NCBI GenBank assembly: GCA_963847625.1
Contig: CAWKAR010000052.1
Location: 44,392 to 108,391 of the forward strand
Source of the DNA: a candidate division FCPU426 bacterium
GTDB lineage: Bacteria > Oederibacteriota > Muellerivitia > Muellerivitales > Muellerivitaceae
DNA length: 64,000 nucleotides
Direction of reading: 5' to 3'
Positions 10,748 through 20,391 of the stretch are shown in pieces. Numbering within the stretch: position 1 is the first letter of the stretch; each line of letters opens with the position of its first letter. The notes beneath the pieces were generated by a model, which saw nothing but the letters and a program-made list of their open reading frames with translations, did no database searches and was not told the origin of the DNA. A program made the translations under genes and the position numbers.

Positions 10748-11083
10748 GTGGTAAAGGCGGTAAACCGGGCGGTGCGCGGTAAAGGCGGTAAACCTGGCAG
10801 TGCGCGGTAAAGGCGGTAAACCAGGCGGTGCGCGGTAAAGGCGGTAAACCGGGCGGCACGCGGTAAAGGCGGTAAACCGGGCGGTGGGCGGTAAAGGCGG
10901 TAAACCGGACGATGGGCGGTAAAGGCGGTAAACCTGGTGGTGGGCGGTAAAGGCGGTAAACCCGGCGACATGCGGTAAAGGCGGTAAATCCGGTGGTACG
11001 CGGTAAAAGCGGTAAACCGGGCGGCGGGCGGTAAAGGCGGTAAACCCGGTGGCATGCGGTAAAGGCGGTAAACCGGGAACAGG
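10748..11083. repeat. tandem array of 12 x 28 bp units (19 bp conserved core plus 9 bp variable part)
   Basis: Core GCGGTAAAGGCGGTAAACC recurs every 28 bp from 10748 to 11056 with no indels. Confidence 0.95.
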
Positions 11084-11240
11084 CCGGGATAACCCGGGAA
11101 CAGCTGGACTTAAGCCGGGAACAAGCTGAGATAACCCGGGAACAGTGGACTTAAGCCGGGAACAAAGCCGGGATAAGCCGTTAGACGGGAGATAACCCAT
11201 TATAAAAAGCTGGGATAAGCCATTAGACGGGAGATAACCC
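11073..11240. repeat. second tandem repeat family (20-22 bp units, then a duplicated block)
   Basis: Five CCGGGAACA-led units ending in GATAAC, CTTAAG or GATAAG, then GGGATAAGCCRTTAGACGGGAGATAACCC twice. Confidence 0.85.
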
Positions 11241-11445
11241 GGCGGCATAGGGGGATACCCCGGCGCATGGGGCGTGGGAGAGGGGTCAATCATCATTTAA
11301 TAATATTTTCTTAGTGTCGCGCCCATTGAAACCACTTCTCTATTCCCCAGGCCGCTCTTCCCACTTTCTCTCCAGCCGCCCGATGGCTTTGTTAAAAGGG
11401 GTCGTATTTAAGGGATCGGGCTTGAAAAAAGAAAATGAACGATTG

Positions 11446-12678
11446 CTAAAAAACCAAGCCCAGGGGTTGAATGCGGTTTTTCATCTCGTCGGTGACTTTC
11501 TTTTCTTCTCCCTCGTTAGCGGCCTCAAAGGTCACTGAAAATCTCAAATAGTGACCCGCATCATCCCAAGGAACAGTCGAGATTAAACAGCTCTCGATTA
11601 GATATTCCGAAAACTCTGCGGCGGTAGCAAATGTTTTCCCGGCTTTCGTGCCTCTGGGAGATTTGACGTAACAATAAAATGTCCCCTTTGGTTTTTTGGC
11701 ATCAAACCCTAATTCCCGCAAGGCTTGGACCAACCTGTCAAACCTCCTGGAATACTTGGCGATGGTTCTTTCTGTGATTTCCGGGTGTTGGAGCGCATGA
11801 ATTCCGGCCTTTTGGATGGCCCTGAACTGCCCGGAATCGGTATTGTCCTTGACGGCCGCGAAGGCTTTTACCGCATGGGGGTTTCCAACGATAAAACCAA
11901 TGCGCCATCCGGTCATGTTAAAGGCTTTTGAGAGGGAATGGACCTCCACCCCGACCTCCATGGCCCCCTCGGCCGACAGGAAACTCAGGGGCTTGTAACC
12001 GTCATAAGTCAAGGCTCCATAGGCCGCGTCGTTCACCACAATCAGGTTATTTTTTTTCGCGAAGTCAACGGCACGCTTGAAGAATTCCAGGGTAGCCACC
12101 GCGCCCGTGGGATTGTTGGGATAGTTGATATACAACAACTTGGCCTTGCGCAGGACATCGGGGGGAATGGACGTAAAATCCGGAAAAAAGGAATTGGATT
12201 CCAGGAGGGGAAGATGATAAACCTCCCCTCCGAGGTATTTTGTGTAAGTGGCGGTCACGGGATAACCCGGAACCGTGGTCAGGACTATCTCCCCTGGATT
12301 CACGAAGCAAATGGGTAACATAGCTAAGATGGGTTTTGAACCAACGCCATGGATAATATTTTCCGATGGATCCAGGTTTTTGAGGCCGTAAATCCTGGCC
12401 AAATAAGCCGCCGCCGCTTCCTGGAACTCGGGGATACCGTTGTCGGCATACCACCGGTTCTCGGGTTTTGGGGCTTCCTGCGCTAATCGGATGACCACGC
12501 CAGGGTCAGCCGGCCAATCGGGTTCGCCCACCCCCATATCAATCAGGGGCAGGTCCGGACGGGCTTTTCTGGCCCTGGCCTTGGTCCTTTTAATCATCTC
12601 GAATTTGTATATCTCGTTGGATTTGCCGAACATCCTTCCGCCCAGCCTTTCGGCAAATTTATCCTCGAAAAATGACAT
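11446..12678 (-). CDS. dapL: LL-diaminopimelate aminotransferase (PLP fold type I)
   Basis: DMGVGEPD, YINYPNNPTGA, DAAY, HSLSKAFNMTGWRIGF, KDNTDSGQF; ATG 12678 after GAGGA. Confidence 0.85.
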   Translation of the reverse strand: MSFFEDKFAERLGGRMFGKSNEIYKFEMIKRTKARARKARPDLPLIDMGVGEPDWPADPGVVIRLAQEAPKPENRWYADNGIPEFQEAAAAYLARIYGLKNLDPSENIIHGVGSKPILAMLPICFVNPGEIVLTTVPGYPVTATYTKYLGGEVYHLPLLESNSFFPDFTSIPPDVLRKAKLLYINYPNNPTGAVATLEFFKRAVDFAKKNNLIVVNDAAYGALTYDGYKPLSFLSAEGAMEVGVEVHSLSKAFNMTGWRIGFIVGNPHAVKAFAAVKDNTDSGQFRAIQKAGIHALQHPEITERTIAKYSRRFDRLVQALRELGFDAKKPKGTFYCYVKSPRGTKAGKTFATAAEFSEYLIESCLISTVPWDDAGHYLRFSVTFEAANEGEEKKVTDEMKNRIQPLGLVF

Positions 12679-12962
12679 TTTTATTTCCTCCTCTGTCCGC
12701 ATTGTAACTTTATTTTAAACATAAAATCCATGTTTCCACAGATTTCCCGCTATTTTCAAATCCCGGCATTGGATTTGACCGCCTTCCGGGTAAAATAACC
12801 CACTCCATTTCTCCCGCATAGAAGAAAAGTCCATTAGTTGACTTTTCCAGCTTTCTTCCGAGGAAACTGAAACCATTTAAGAAATGGGTTTTTTCATTTT
12901 CGCTTTGGCTGAATTAAACGAGGTAAAAGAAAAACTTTCTTAAAATTTATAAGGAAACTTCC

Positions 12963-13988
12963 ATGATACGTGAATGCCTGGTCAAACTGTCTCAAAAGCA
13001 ATCCCTAACGGAGGCCGATGCCTACGGTTGTATGATCGAGATATTGGAAGGAAAAGCAGTTCCAACTCAGGTCGCGGCCTACCTGGCCTTCCTCAATGTT
13101 GAGTTTGAAACAACCGAAGAAGTGGTTGGCAGCGTTAAGGCCATGCGTGACAAAATGATTCGGATCAACGCTGAAGGATTGAATGCTATCGACGTGTGCG
13201 GTACGGGGGGAGACCACAAGGGAACCTTTAATATTTCCACCGCGGCGGCCTTAGTTTTGGCCGGAGACGGCGTGATCGTGGCCAAACACGGCAACCGGGC
13301 CGCTTCCAGCCAATGCGGCAGCGCGGAAGTTTTGGACGCTTTAGGGGTGAAAATCGATCCTACCGTTCGCGTGATCGAGAATTGCCTGCGGGAAGCAGGA
13401 ATCGCCTTTTTGTTCGCCCCCCATTTTCATCCGGCCATGAAAAACGTGGCAACCATCCGGAAGGAGTTGGGAATCAGGACGATTTTCAACGTGCTGGGAC
13501 CCATGAGCAATCCCGCTTCCGTGAAGCGGCAGGTGATCGGGGTATTCGACGCGGAGAGGGCCAGGATCATTGCGGAGGCCTTGATCCAATCCGGCACGGA
13601 GCGGGTGATTACCCTTCACAGCCGGGATGGCCTGGATGAGGTTTCCTGCGCTGACGAGACTTTCATCTGGGAATACAAGAAGGATTCCGCTGGAAACATC
13701 AGCCGCCTCTCGGAGGTCATCCAACCCGAACATTTCGGTTTCCAACGCAGGTCCCTGGAAACAATCAAGGGAGGGGACGCAGATATGAACGCAAAAATTA
13801 TTTTAGCGGTCCTAAATGGGGAGAAAAAAGCATTCCGTGAGTCGGTGGTCATGAACGCGGCTGTCGGTTTCTATATGGCAGGAAAATGCCCAGCGATCCT
13901 GGATGGCCGCGCTTTAGCGGAGGCGTCCATCGACTCGGGAAAGGCCCTTCAGGCCTTGAAAAAGTTAGAGGAAATTTCCCATACCTGA
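12963..13988 (+). CDS. trpD: anthranilate phosphoribosyltransferase
   Basis: DVCGTGGD, FNISTAA, KHGNRAASS, RTIFNVLGP, DGLDE. Confidence 0.97.
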   Translation: MIRECLVKLSQKQSLTEADAYGCMIEILEGKAVPTQVAAYLAFLNVEFETTEEVVGSVKAMRDKMIRINAEGLNAIDVCGTGGDHKGTFNISTAAALVLAGDGVIVAKHGNRAASSQCGSAEVLDALGVKIDPTVRVIENCLREAGIAFLFAPHFHPAMKNVATIRKELGIRTIFNVLGPMSNPASVKRQVIGVFDAERARIIAEALIQSGTERVITLHSRDGLDEVSCADETFIWEYKKDSAGNISRLSEVIQPEHFGFQRRSLETIKGGDADMNAKIILAVLNGEKKAFRESVVMNAAVGFYMAGKCPAILDGRALAEASIDSGKALQALKKLEEISHT

Positions 13989-14033
13989 GTAAGAAACTCG
14001 ACTTAAAAAAGTCAGTCTGGAAAGGCGTTCATT

Positions 14034-14816
14034 TTGAATATCCTCCAACAAATAACTGAGACGAAACTCCAGGAAATCGCAAGGCTCAAAAAGGAAAGGG
14101 GATTAGGTTCCTTGCGGGATGGCGCAAATTCGCAAAAGGAGCCAAGGAATTTCTTGAAAGCCATTCAACGAACGGGAAAGCTTTCTTTGATCGGGGAGCT
14201 TAAAAAAGCCAGCCCCTCCAAGGGTCTTTTAAGGAAGAATTTCCCGGTGGAATCCCTCGCGAAAGCCTATTCTAACGCCGGGGTCCAGGCCCTTTCGGTT
14301 TTGACCGATTCCCAATATTTTCAAGGTTCCCTTGAACATTTGAAAACAGCCAAGGACGCTTGCGAATTACCTGTGTTACGGAAAGATTTTATCCTAGATG
14401 AACTCCAGGTTTATCAGGCCCGGGAGGCGGGAGCCGACGCCATTCTTTTGATCGCGGCTATGATGCCGCCGGCGAAATTAAAGGAACTTTCGGCCGTTTC
14501 AGAAGAACTGAGTATGCCAAGCTTGGTGGAAGTCCATGACGAAAGAGAATTGGATGCCGCTCTGCGGTCCGGCGCGAAAATCCTTGGAATCAACAACAGA
14601 AACCTGAATGATTTCTCGGTGTCCCTCCAGACTTCCTTGGCTTTGCTTAAAAAGTGCCCTCAAGGCGTTCCGGTTGTCAGCGAAAGCGGAATATTCACCC
14701 GGGCGGACGCGCTTCTATTGAAAAAGGCCGGTGCCTCCGCCATTCTGGTGGGGGAGGCCTTCATGACCGCACAGGACTTGGTATCGGCGGTGAAGAACCT
14801 CATGCCGGAGAATTAA
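14034..14816 (+). CDS. trpC: indole-3-glycerol phosphate synthase
   Basis: ELKKASPSKG, SVLTD, LRKDFI, GINNRNL, SESGI. Confidence 0.97.
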   Translation: MNILQQITETKLQEIARLKKERGLGSLRDGANSQKEPRNFLKAIQRTGKLSLIGELKKASPSKGLLRKNFPVESLAKAYSNAGVQALSVLTDSQYFQGSLEHLKTAKDACELPVLRKDFILDELQVYQAREAGADAILLIAAMMPPAKLKELSAVSEELSMPSLVEVHDERELDAALRSGAKILGINNRNLNDFSVSLQTSLALLKKCPQGVPVVSESGIFTRADALLLKKAGASAILVGEAFMTAQDLVSAVKNLMPEN

Positions 14817-15440
14817 ATGTTTCGGATTAAAATCTGCGGAGTCACCCGTCCTGAGGACGTGAGATTTATTACCAAAGCCGGGGCGGACGCTATCGGGTTT
14901 CAAATGTCCATAGGCCCCAGGAAAATAAGCCCGGAAAAAGCCCGAAGATTAGTCGAATATGTACCCCCGCTTGTTATGCCGATCGGCGTCTTTGTGAATG
15001 AACCGCTGGAAAGGGTAATTAGGTTAACAAAATTTTGCGGGTTTCAGGCAATACAACTTCATGGGAATGAGGACTTGGACTATTGTGAGGGATTGGAATT
15101 TCCCATCATTAAGGCAATTCGCATGAAAACCAAAAGGTCTTACCTGCCTTTCCGGGGCTTTCGGGTTGCGGCCTATTTATTGGATTCCTATAATGAAAAA
15201 TCACCTGGAGGGACAGGACAAACTTTTCAACCCCGTTGGGCAGCTGAAGCCGTGAACCGCCTTCCAAATCCGGTCCTGCTGGCCGGGGGATTGACTCCCG
15301 ACAATGTTCAACAGGCTATCGGGATTTCCGGCGCCTTTGGAGTGGATGTATCCAGCGGCGTGGAAAGTTACCCGGGTTACAAAGATCCCCGTAAGGTATC
15401 CCTCTTTATCCGCCGGGCTAAAGATTCTTTTCTCACCTGA
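14817..15440 (+). CDS. trpF: phosphoribosylanthranilate isomerase
   Basis: KICGVT, QLHGNE, GGTG, LAGGLTPDNV, DVSSGVE. Confidence 0.96.
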   Translation: MFRIKICGVTRPEDVRFITKAGADAIGFQMSIGPRKISPEKARRLVEYVPPLVMPIGVFVNEPLERVIRLTKFCGFQAIQLHGNEDLDYCEGLEFPIIKAIRMKTKRSYLPFRGFRVAAYLLDSYNEKSPGGTGQTFQPRWAAEAVNRLPNPVLLAGGLTPDNVQQAIGISGAFGVDVSSGVESYPGYKDPRKVSLFIRRAKDSFLT

Positions 15441-15537
15441 AAGGTGAAGGTTTGAAATAAACTTTTTTATTCATTATGGGTTTCTTAATGAATCCAAAAT
15501 CCATAAAAAAAGAGAAAAACTGGAGTTTTAAACGGCT

Positions 15538-16128
15538 ATGGCCGACCAAAAGTCATTGATCATCAAATTGGCCCATATTTACTACCACACCGGCAGCTGG
15601 GATAAGGCCATTCTCGAGTATGAAAAGATCATCGCGCTTGATCCGAATGATTACAACGTGCGTTTAACCCTCGGTGAACTTTATATGAAGAAAGGGGATA
15701 TTGAGCGGGCCTTCAGGGAATTTGAACTCGCGGGGAATGGTTATTTGAGGGAAAAAAACGTTAAAAAAGCCGTAAGCGCTTTTCGGGAAGTTGCGAACCT
15801 TGTTCAGAAGATGATCGAGCCTCAAGATGTGGATAAAGCCATCAAACTCTATAAGGATATTCTCGAGAAACTGCCTGAATCCTCGGAATCGTTGCTGAAC
15901 TTGAGGGACCTTTATTCACGGCATAATTTGATGGAAGAAGCATTGAATTGCACTCTTCAACTTGGGGATCTCTACAACCGCCTCGATTACATCGACAAAG
16001 CGGAAAATGAATATATGAGGGCCTGCGCCATGGATCCCAGCAATAAATCAGCCCAATCAAAACTGGAACAATTGAGAGCCGAAAAGATCCGGTTGGGAAC
16101 CGAATCCACCTTCGGCGCTGGAAATTGA
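15538..16128 (+). CDS. cytoplasmic tetratricopeptide repeat protein
   Basis: TPR units [51 protein letters not shown]; no signal peptide. Confidence 0.88.
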   Translation: MADQKSLIIKLAHIYYHTGSWDKAILEYEKIIALDPNDYNVRLTLGELYMKKGDIERAFREFELAGNGYLREKNVKKAVSAFREVANLVQKMIEPQDVDKAIKLYKDILEKLPESSESLLNLRDLYSRHNLMEEALNCTLQLGDLYNRLDYIDKAENEYMRACAMDPSNKSAQSKLEQLRAEKIRLGTESTFGAGN

Positions 16129-16129
16129 T

Positions 16130-17338
16130 ATGAGGGCCTTTCCTGATCAGAACGGTTATTTTGGACCCTATGGCGGCCAATATGTCCCGGAAACACTTAT
16201 GGTGGCACTTCAGGAGTTAACCAGGGTTTACGAAAAAGCACGGAAAGACCATGCTTTTCAAGCGGAATACAAACGTCAATTGGTTGAATATAGCGGCAGA
16301 CCTACACCTCTGACCCTTGCGGCCCGTCTGACCCAAACTCTCAAGGGCGCCAAGATCTACCTAAAACGCGAGGATTTGAACCATACTGGCGCCCACAAGA
16401 TCAATAATTGCCTGGGGCAAATCCTTCTCGCCAAAAAAATGGGTAAAAAGCGCGTTATCGCCGAAACCGGCGCGGGCCAGCATGGGGTGGCAACCGCTAC
16501 GGTTTGCGCGCTTTTCGGGATCAAATGCGAGGTTTATATGGGGATGGAGGATATCCGGCGCCAAGCCCTGAATGTGTTCCGAATGAAATTGCTGGGTGCC
16601 CAAGTGCATCCCGTGACGGCGGGAACCAAGACCTTAAAGGACGCCATGAGCGAGGCTATCCGGGATTGGGTGACAAATGTTAAAACCACTTATTACTTGA
16701 TCGGTTCCACCGCCGGCCCCCATCCCTACCCCATGATGGTCCGGGATTTCCAAAAAGTGATCGGGATAGAGGCCCGCGGGCAAATTATCCAGGCGGAAGG
16801 ACGCCTGCCCGCCGCATTGGTCGCTTGCGTGAACGGCGGGTCCAACGCCATCGGATTATTTTATCCCTTCCTGAGGGATCGAAAGGTGCGAATGGTGGGT
16901 GTGGAAGCGGCGGGTGAGGGAATCCGAACAAAACGCCACGCCGCCACCATGATGAAGGGAAGACCCGGAATTTTGCATGGAAGTTACAGCTATGTTCTTC
17001 AAAGTCCCGACGGCCAAATCAAGGAAACCCATTCCATTTCAGCGGGATTGGATTATCCGGGCGTGGGACCGGAACACGCTTGGCTTAGGGACACCGGACG
17101 GGCCACTTATGTTTCCGCGACGGACCAACAAGCGCTGGAAGCTTTTCAAACCCTCGCGATCAAAGAGGGAATCCTTCCGGCTTTGGAAAGCGCACACGCG
17201 CTTTACCAAGCCATGAAAATGGCGAAAAAAATGCCCCGTAAAACCTCCCTCATCGTAAATCTGTCCGGCCGCGGTGATAAGGACGTGAACACCGTTTTGG
17301 ATCGTTTGGGAAAAGATTTGAAAGGCGGTAGGGGTTGA
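16130..17338 (+). CDS. trpB: tryptophan synthase beta chain
   Basis: [50 protein letters not shown]. Confidence 0.99.
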   Translation: MRAFPDQNGYFGPYGGQYVPETLMVALQELTRVYEKARKDHAFQAEYKRQLVEYSGRPTPLTLAARLTQTLKGAKIYLKREDLNHTGAHKINNCLGQILLAKKMGKKRVIAETGAGQHGVATATVCALFGIKCEVYMGMEDIRRQALNVFRMKLLGAQVHPVTAGTKTLKDAMSEAIRDWVTNVKTTYYLIGSTAGPHPYPMMVRDFQKVIGIEARGQIIQAEGRLPAALVACVNGGSNAIGLFYPFLRDRKVRMVGVEAAGEGIRTKRHAATMMKGRPGILHGSYSYVLQSPDGQIKETHSISAGLDYPGVGPEHAWLRDTGRATYVSATDQQALEAFQTLAIKEGILPALESAHALYQAMKMAKKMPRKTSLIVNLSGRGDKDVNTVLDRLGKDLKGGRG

Positions 17339-18132
17339 GTTCGAATCTCCACCGATTATTCCAGGAGGCTCGGCGGAATCGTCGAGCCCTTTTTCTTCCT
17401 TATATCTGCCTGGGATATCCCGACTACAGGGCCTCTGTTGAATCGGCCGAGGGAGCCCTCCGGGGAGGCGCTTCCGCGTTGGAGTTGGGAGTGCCTTTTT
17501 CGGACCCGATCGCCGACGGCCCCACTTTACAAAAAGCCACTCAAATTTCCCTGGAACAAGGGACACGATTTTCCGATGTTTTCCGGATGATCCGGACCCT
17601 TCGGAAAAAAGGATATAAACAACCTCTGTTAGTCATGACCTACTTAAACCTTGTGGTGCAAATGGGGTGGAACGAATTCGCGAATCATCTCGCCCAAGCG
17701 GGAGGGAATGGAGCCATTATACCGGACTTGCCCCTGCAGGAGCTTTCTAAAAAAGAGTTTCTTTTCAAGAAAAAAGGCCTATGCTTAATTCCCTTTATCG
17801 CCCCCACCTCCAGTCCGGGAAGAATGAAGATGGCCGATGCCCAGAATGCGCCTTTTTTGTATTATGTCTCGGTCACGGGAGTGACAGGCGCCCGAACGGA
17901 ACTAGCGCCCGGTCTCATCGCGAATTTGAAACGATTCAAAAAACGTCTCAAAACACCTATTGTTGTGGGTTTTGGCATATCCAAACCCAGCCATGCGGCG
18001 AAAGTCGGTAAGGTGTCGGATGGAGTCATCATCGCCAGCGCCCTTATCCAAATGATCGAAAGGACGCCCAAGGCTCGAATCGGGGAAAGAGTCGAGAGGT
18101 ACTGCAGAAAAATCGTAAAGAAAATGAAATAA
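17335..18132 (+). CDS. trpA: tryptophan synthase alpha chain
   Basis: [32 protein letters not shown]. Confidence 0.97.
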   Translation: MSSNLHRLFQEARRNRRALFLPYICLGYPDYRASVESAEGALRGGASALELGVPFSDPIADGPTLQKATQISLEQGTRFSDVFRMIRTLRKKGYKQPLLVMTYLNLVVQMGWNEFANHLAQAGGNGAIIPDLPLQELSKKEFLFKKKGLCLIPFIAPTSSPGRMKMADAQNAPFLYYVSVTGVTGARTELAPGLIANLKRFKKRLKTPIVVGFGISKPSHAAKVGKVSDGVIIASALIQMIERTPKARIGERVERYCRKIVKKMK

Positions 18133-18212
18133 AGTTTGAACCCGAAATGGAAAGTCCGATATGAACTTCCCGTTTTGATCTACAAATACACGGGATTATT
18201 TGGAGGTTTGGA

Positions 18213-19058
18213 TTGGCATGGTTTAAGAAGGCCAAAAAAATCATTTCCAGGGTGGTGGAAGTAAACAAGGCTGTCCAAGTTCCGGAAGGGCTTTATGAGA
18301 AGTGCCGGAAGTGTTCCACGCTTTTATATAACAAGGACCTGGACAAGAACCTCAAAGTATGCCCCCAGTGCGGTTACCATTATCAGATATCAGCGCTCGA
18401 ACGGCTTTACCTGACAGTTGATTCGGGGACATTCAAAGAGTTTGACGAAAACCTGGTCTCGGTGAATCCCCTTCATTTCCCGGAATACGAGGAAAAGGTT
18501 AATAAGGGCATAGAGAAAACTAAAATGCCGGAAGCAGTCTTGACGGGTTTGGGGAAGATCGAAGGACAACCGGTTTCCTTGGCCATCACTGACTTTCAGT
18601 TCATGGGAGGAAGCATGGGCAGCGTGGTCGGTGAAAAGATCACGAGGGCCGTGGAGAGGGCCATCATGAAAAAATGTGGAATGGTCATTGTGTCGGCTTC
18701 CGGGGGGGGCGCCCGCATGCAAGAGGGCATTTTGTCGCTCATGCAGATGGCTAAAATATCAGCGGCTTTGGCCCTACTGGGCAAAGCCCGGCTTCCCTAC
18801 ATATCGGTTTTGACCGACCCGACCGCGGGAGGGGTGGCCGCGTCCTTCGGCATGCTGGGGGACGTAAATATCGCCGAGCCGGGTGCCATGATCGGATTCG
18901 CCGGCCCCAGGGTCATCGAACAGACAATCCGCCAAAAACTTCCCAAGGGGTTCCAGCGTTCCGAATTTCTTTTGGAACATGGGTTTGTCGATGCCATCGT
19001 CGCGCGGAATGAATTGAAAGCCACCATTGGAAAGTTCCTTAAGTTTTTTCATCTGTGA
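18213..19058 (+). CDS. accD: acetyl-CoA carboxylase carboxyltransferase beta subunit
   Basis: N-terminal C4 Zn finger, FMGGSMGSVVGEKI, GGARMQEG, GFAGPRVIEQT. Confidence 0.98.
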   Translation: MAWFKKAKKIISRVVEVNKAVQVPEGLYEKCRKCSTLLYNKDLDKNLKVCPQCGYHYQISALERLYLTVDSGTFKEFDENLVSVNPLHFPEYEEKVNKGIEKTKMPEAVLTGLGKIEGQPVSLAITDFQFMGGSMGSVVGEKITRAVERAIMKKCGMVIVSASGGGARMQEGILSLMQMAKISAALALLGKARLPYISVLTDPTAGGVAASFGMLGDVNIAEPGAMIGFAGPRVIEQTIRQKLPKGFQRSEFLLEHGFVDAIVARNELKATIGKFLKFFHL

Positions 19059-20350
19059 AATCCCCCGCCAACCTGGAGTCCCTGGAACGCCTGGGGTGGC
19101 GTTTCGGGCTGGAGACCATACGCGCCCTTTTGTCGGAATTGGGCGACCCCCACCTTTCCTTGAAATGCGTCCATGTTGCGGGTACTAACGGCAAAGGCAC
19201 GACTTGCGCCTTCATGGCTTCCTTCCTGAGGCATTCGGGTTACCGGGTTGGCCTTTATACTTCCCCTCATCTGACCGATATCCGCGAGAGGTTCAGGATC
19301 AACGGCCTTTGGATTACCCCCCAGGAATTCCGGGATTATTCCAAAAGAATTCTACGGGCTTGCCTCCGGGTCCAAATTAACCTCGGACATGTCCCCACCC
19401 ATTTCGAGGCTTTGACCGCGCTTGCTTTCTTGTGGTTTAAAGAAAAAAAGGTCGATTGGGTGGTGTCGGAAGTGGGGTTGGGCGGAAGATTGGATGCCAC
19501 CAACATCATCGAAACCCCGGCGGTCTGCCTCATCACGCCGGTTGGATTGGAACACCAGGAAATCCTCGGTGGAACCATTTCAAAGATTGCCTGGGAGAAG
19601 GCGGGCATCCTGAAAAAGGGAACTCCGGCCGCGACGATCCAATACCGCCCTGAGGCTCTCAGAAGGATTGAAAAAACCGCCCGACTGAAAGGGGTTTCTT
19701 TATGGTCCGGGGGAAGGGATTTTATTTATCAACGCGAGGGAGATTATTTCCGTTGGGAGGGACCGGGTTTTTCTGGCAAGTTCAAACTTTCCGACGCCGC
19801 CAATTTCCAAGTGGTGAACGCTTCCTTGGCGTTGGCGGGAATTCAAATCCTAAGGAGGCAGGGAATAAGGATATTGGCTTCCACCCTTCAAAAGGCTCTT
19901 TCCACCATGCGATGGCCTGGAAGACTGGAAATTCTCAAAAAAACCCCCCTGGTTCTTCTGGATGGAGCCCATAACCCTGACGGAGCTCTTGGACTTACGG
20001 ATTTTTTGAAAGAGGCTTACCCCCGCAAACGGTGGTTGGTGTTGAACGGTTTTTTAGGGGACAAGAACTATCGTTCCTTTGCGAGAGCCTTGGCGCCCTT
20101 GACCGTGTTGGCCATTGTGACCGAGCCGCCTAGCGACCGGAAGGAAGCGGGGAATAAGGTTTTCAAAGCATGGGAAGGGGAGGGAACTCGTCTCATCCTT
20201 ATACGCGACTGGCGGAAGGCACTCTGGTTGGCTTTGGAAAAACTAAAAGCCTCTCGTGGAGAAATTCCGCTTTTAATTACCGGTTCGATTTACCTGGGTG
20301 GGGCTTGCCGGAAAATCATCTTGGGATATAAAGGTTTAGCGAAAATTTGA
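19055..20350 (+). CDS. folC: folylpolyglutamate synthase / dihydrofolate synthase
   Basis: HVAGTNGKG, YTSPHL, EVGLGGRLDATN, WPGRLE, LDGAHN. Confidence 0.97.
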   Translation: MKSPANLESLERLGWRFGLETIRALLSELGDPHLSLKCVHVAGTNGKGTTCAFMASFLRHSGYRVGLYTSPHLTDIRERFRINGLWITPQEFRDYSKRILRACLRVQINLGHVPTHFEALTALAFLWFKEKKVDWVVSEVGLGGRLDATNIIETPAVCLITPVGLEHQEILGGTISKIAWEKAGILKKGTPAATIQYRPEALRRIEKTARLKGVSLWSGGRDFIYQREGDYFRWEGPGFSGKFKLSDAANFQVVNASLALAGIQILRRQGIRILASTLQKALSTMRWPGRLEILKKTPLVLLDGAHNPDGALGLTDFLKEAYPRKRWLVLNGFLGDKNYRSFARALAPLTVLAIVTEPPSDRKEAGNKVFKAWEGEGTRLILIRDWRKALWLALEKLKASRGEIPLLITGSIYLGGACRKIILGYKGLAKI

Positions 20351-20391
20351 AGTTTCGTTTCCCGATTTTTTCAAATGCTTCCAGTTGCGCT

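Noticed and set aside
10748..11083. CRISPR or TIGR-type guide array
   Set aside because: The variable parts are only 9 bp and clearly related to each other rather than independent spacers; there is one variable segment per unit; no cas or Nop-domain gene is in the window.
10748..11083. Tandem ops (RfaH) elements, or a Gly/Lys-rich + strand protein
   Set aside because: GGCGGTAA differs from ops GGCGGTAGnnTG and is not in an operon leader. The GKGGKPGG reading hits TAA in the next unit because of the 28 bp period.
10619..11296. Minus-strand ORFs of 225 aa and 137 aa over the repeat array
   Set aside because: The 28 bp period is not a multiple of 3, so each ORF cycles through the same three peptides (PPGLPPLP, RFTAFTA, VYRLYR). 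They stay open only because the minus-strand repeat lacks stop codons.
10511..11445. Chromosomal replication origin
   Set aside because: No cluster of TTATCCACA-type DnaA boxes; the few exact matches I saw lie inside coding genes (tuf, TPR).
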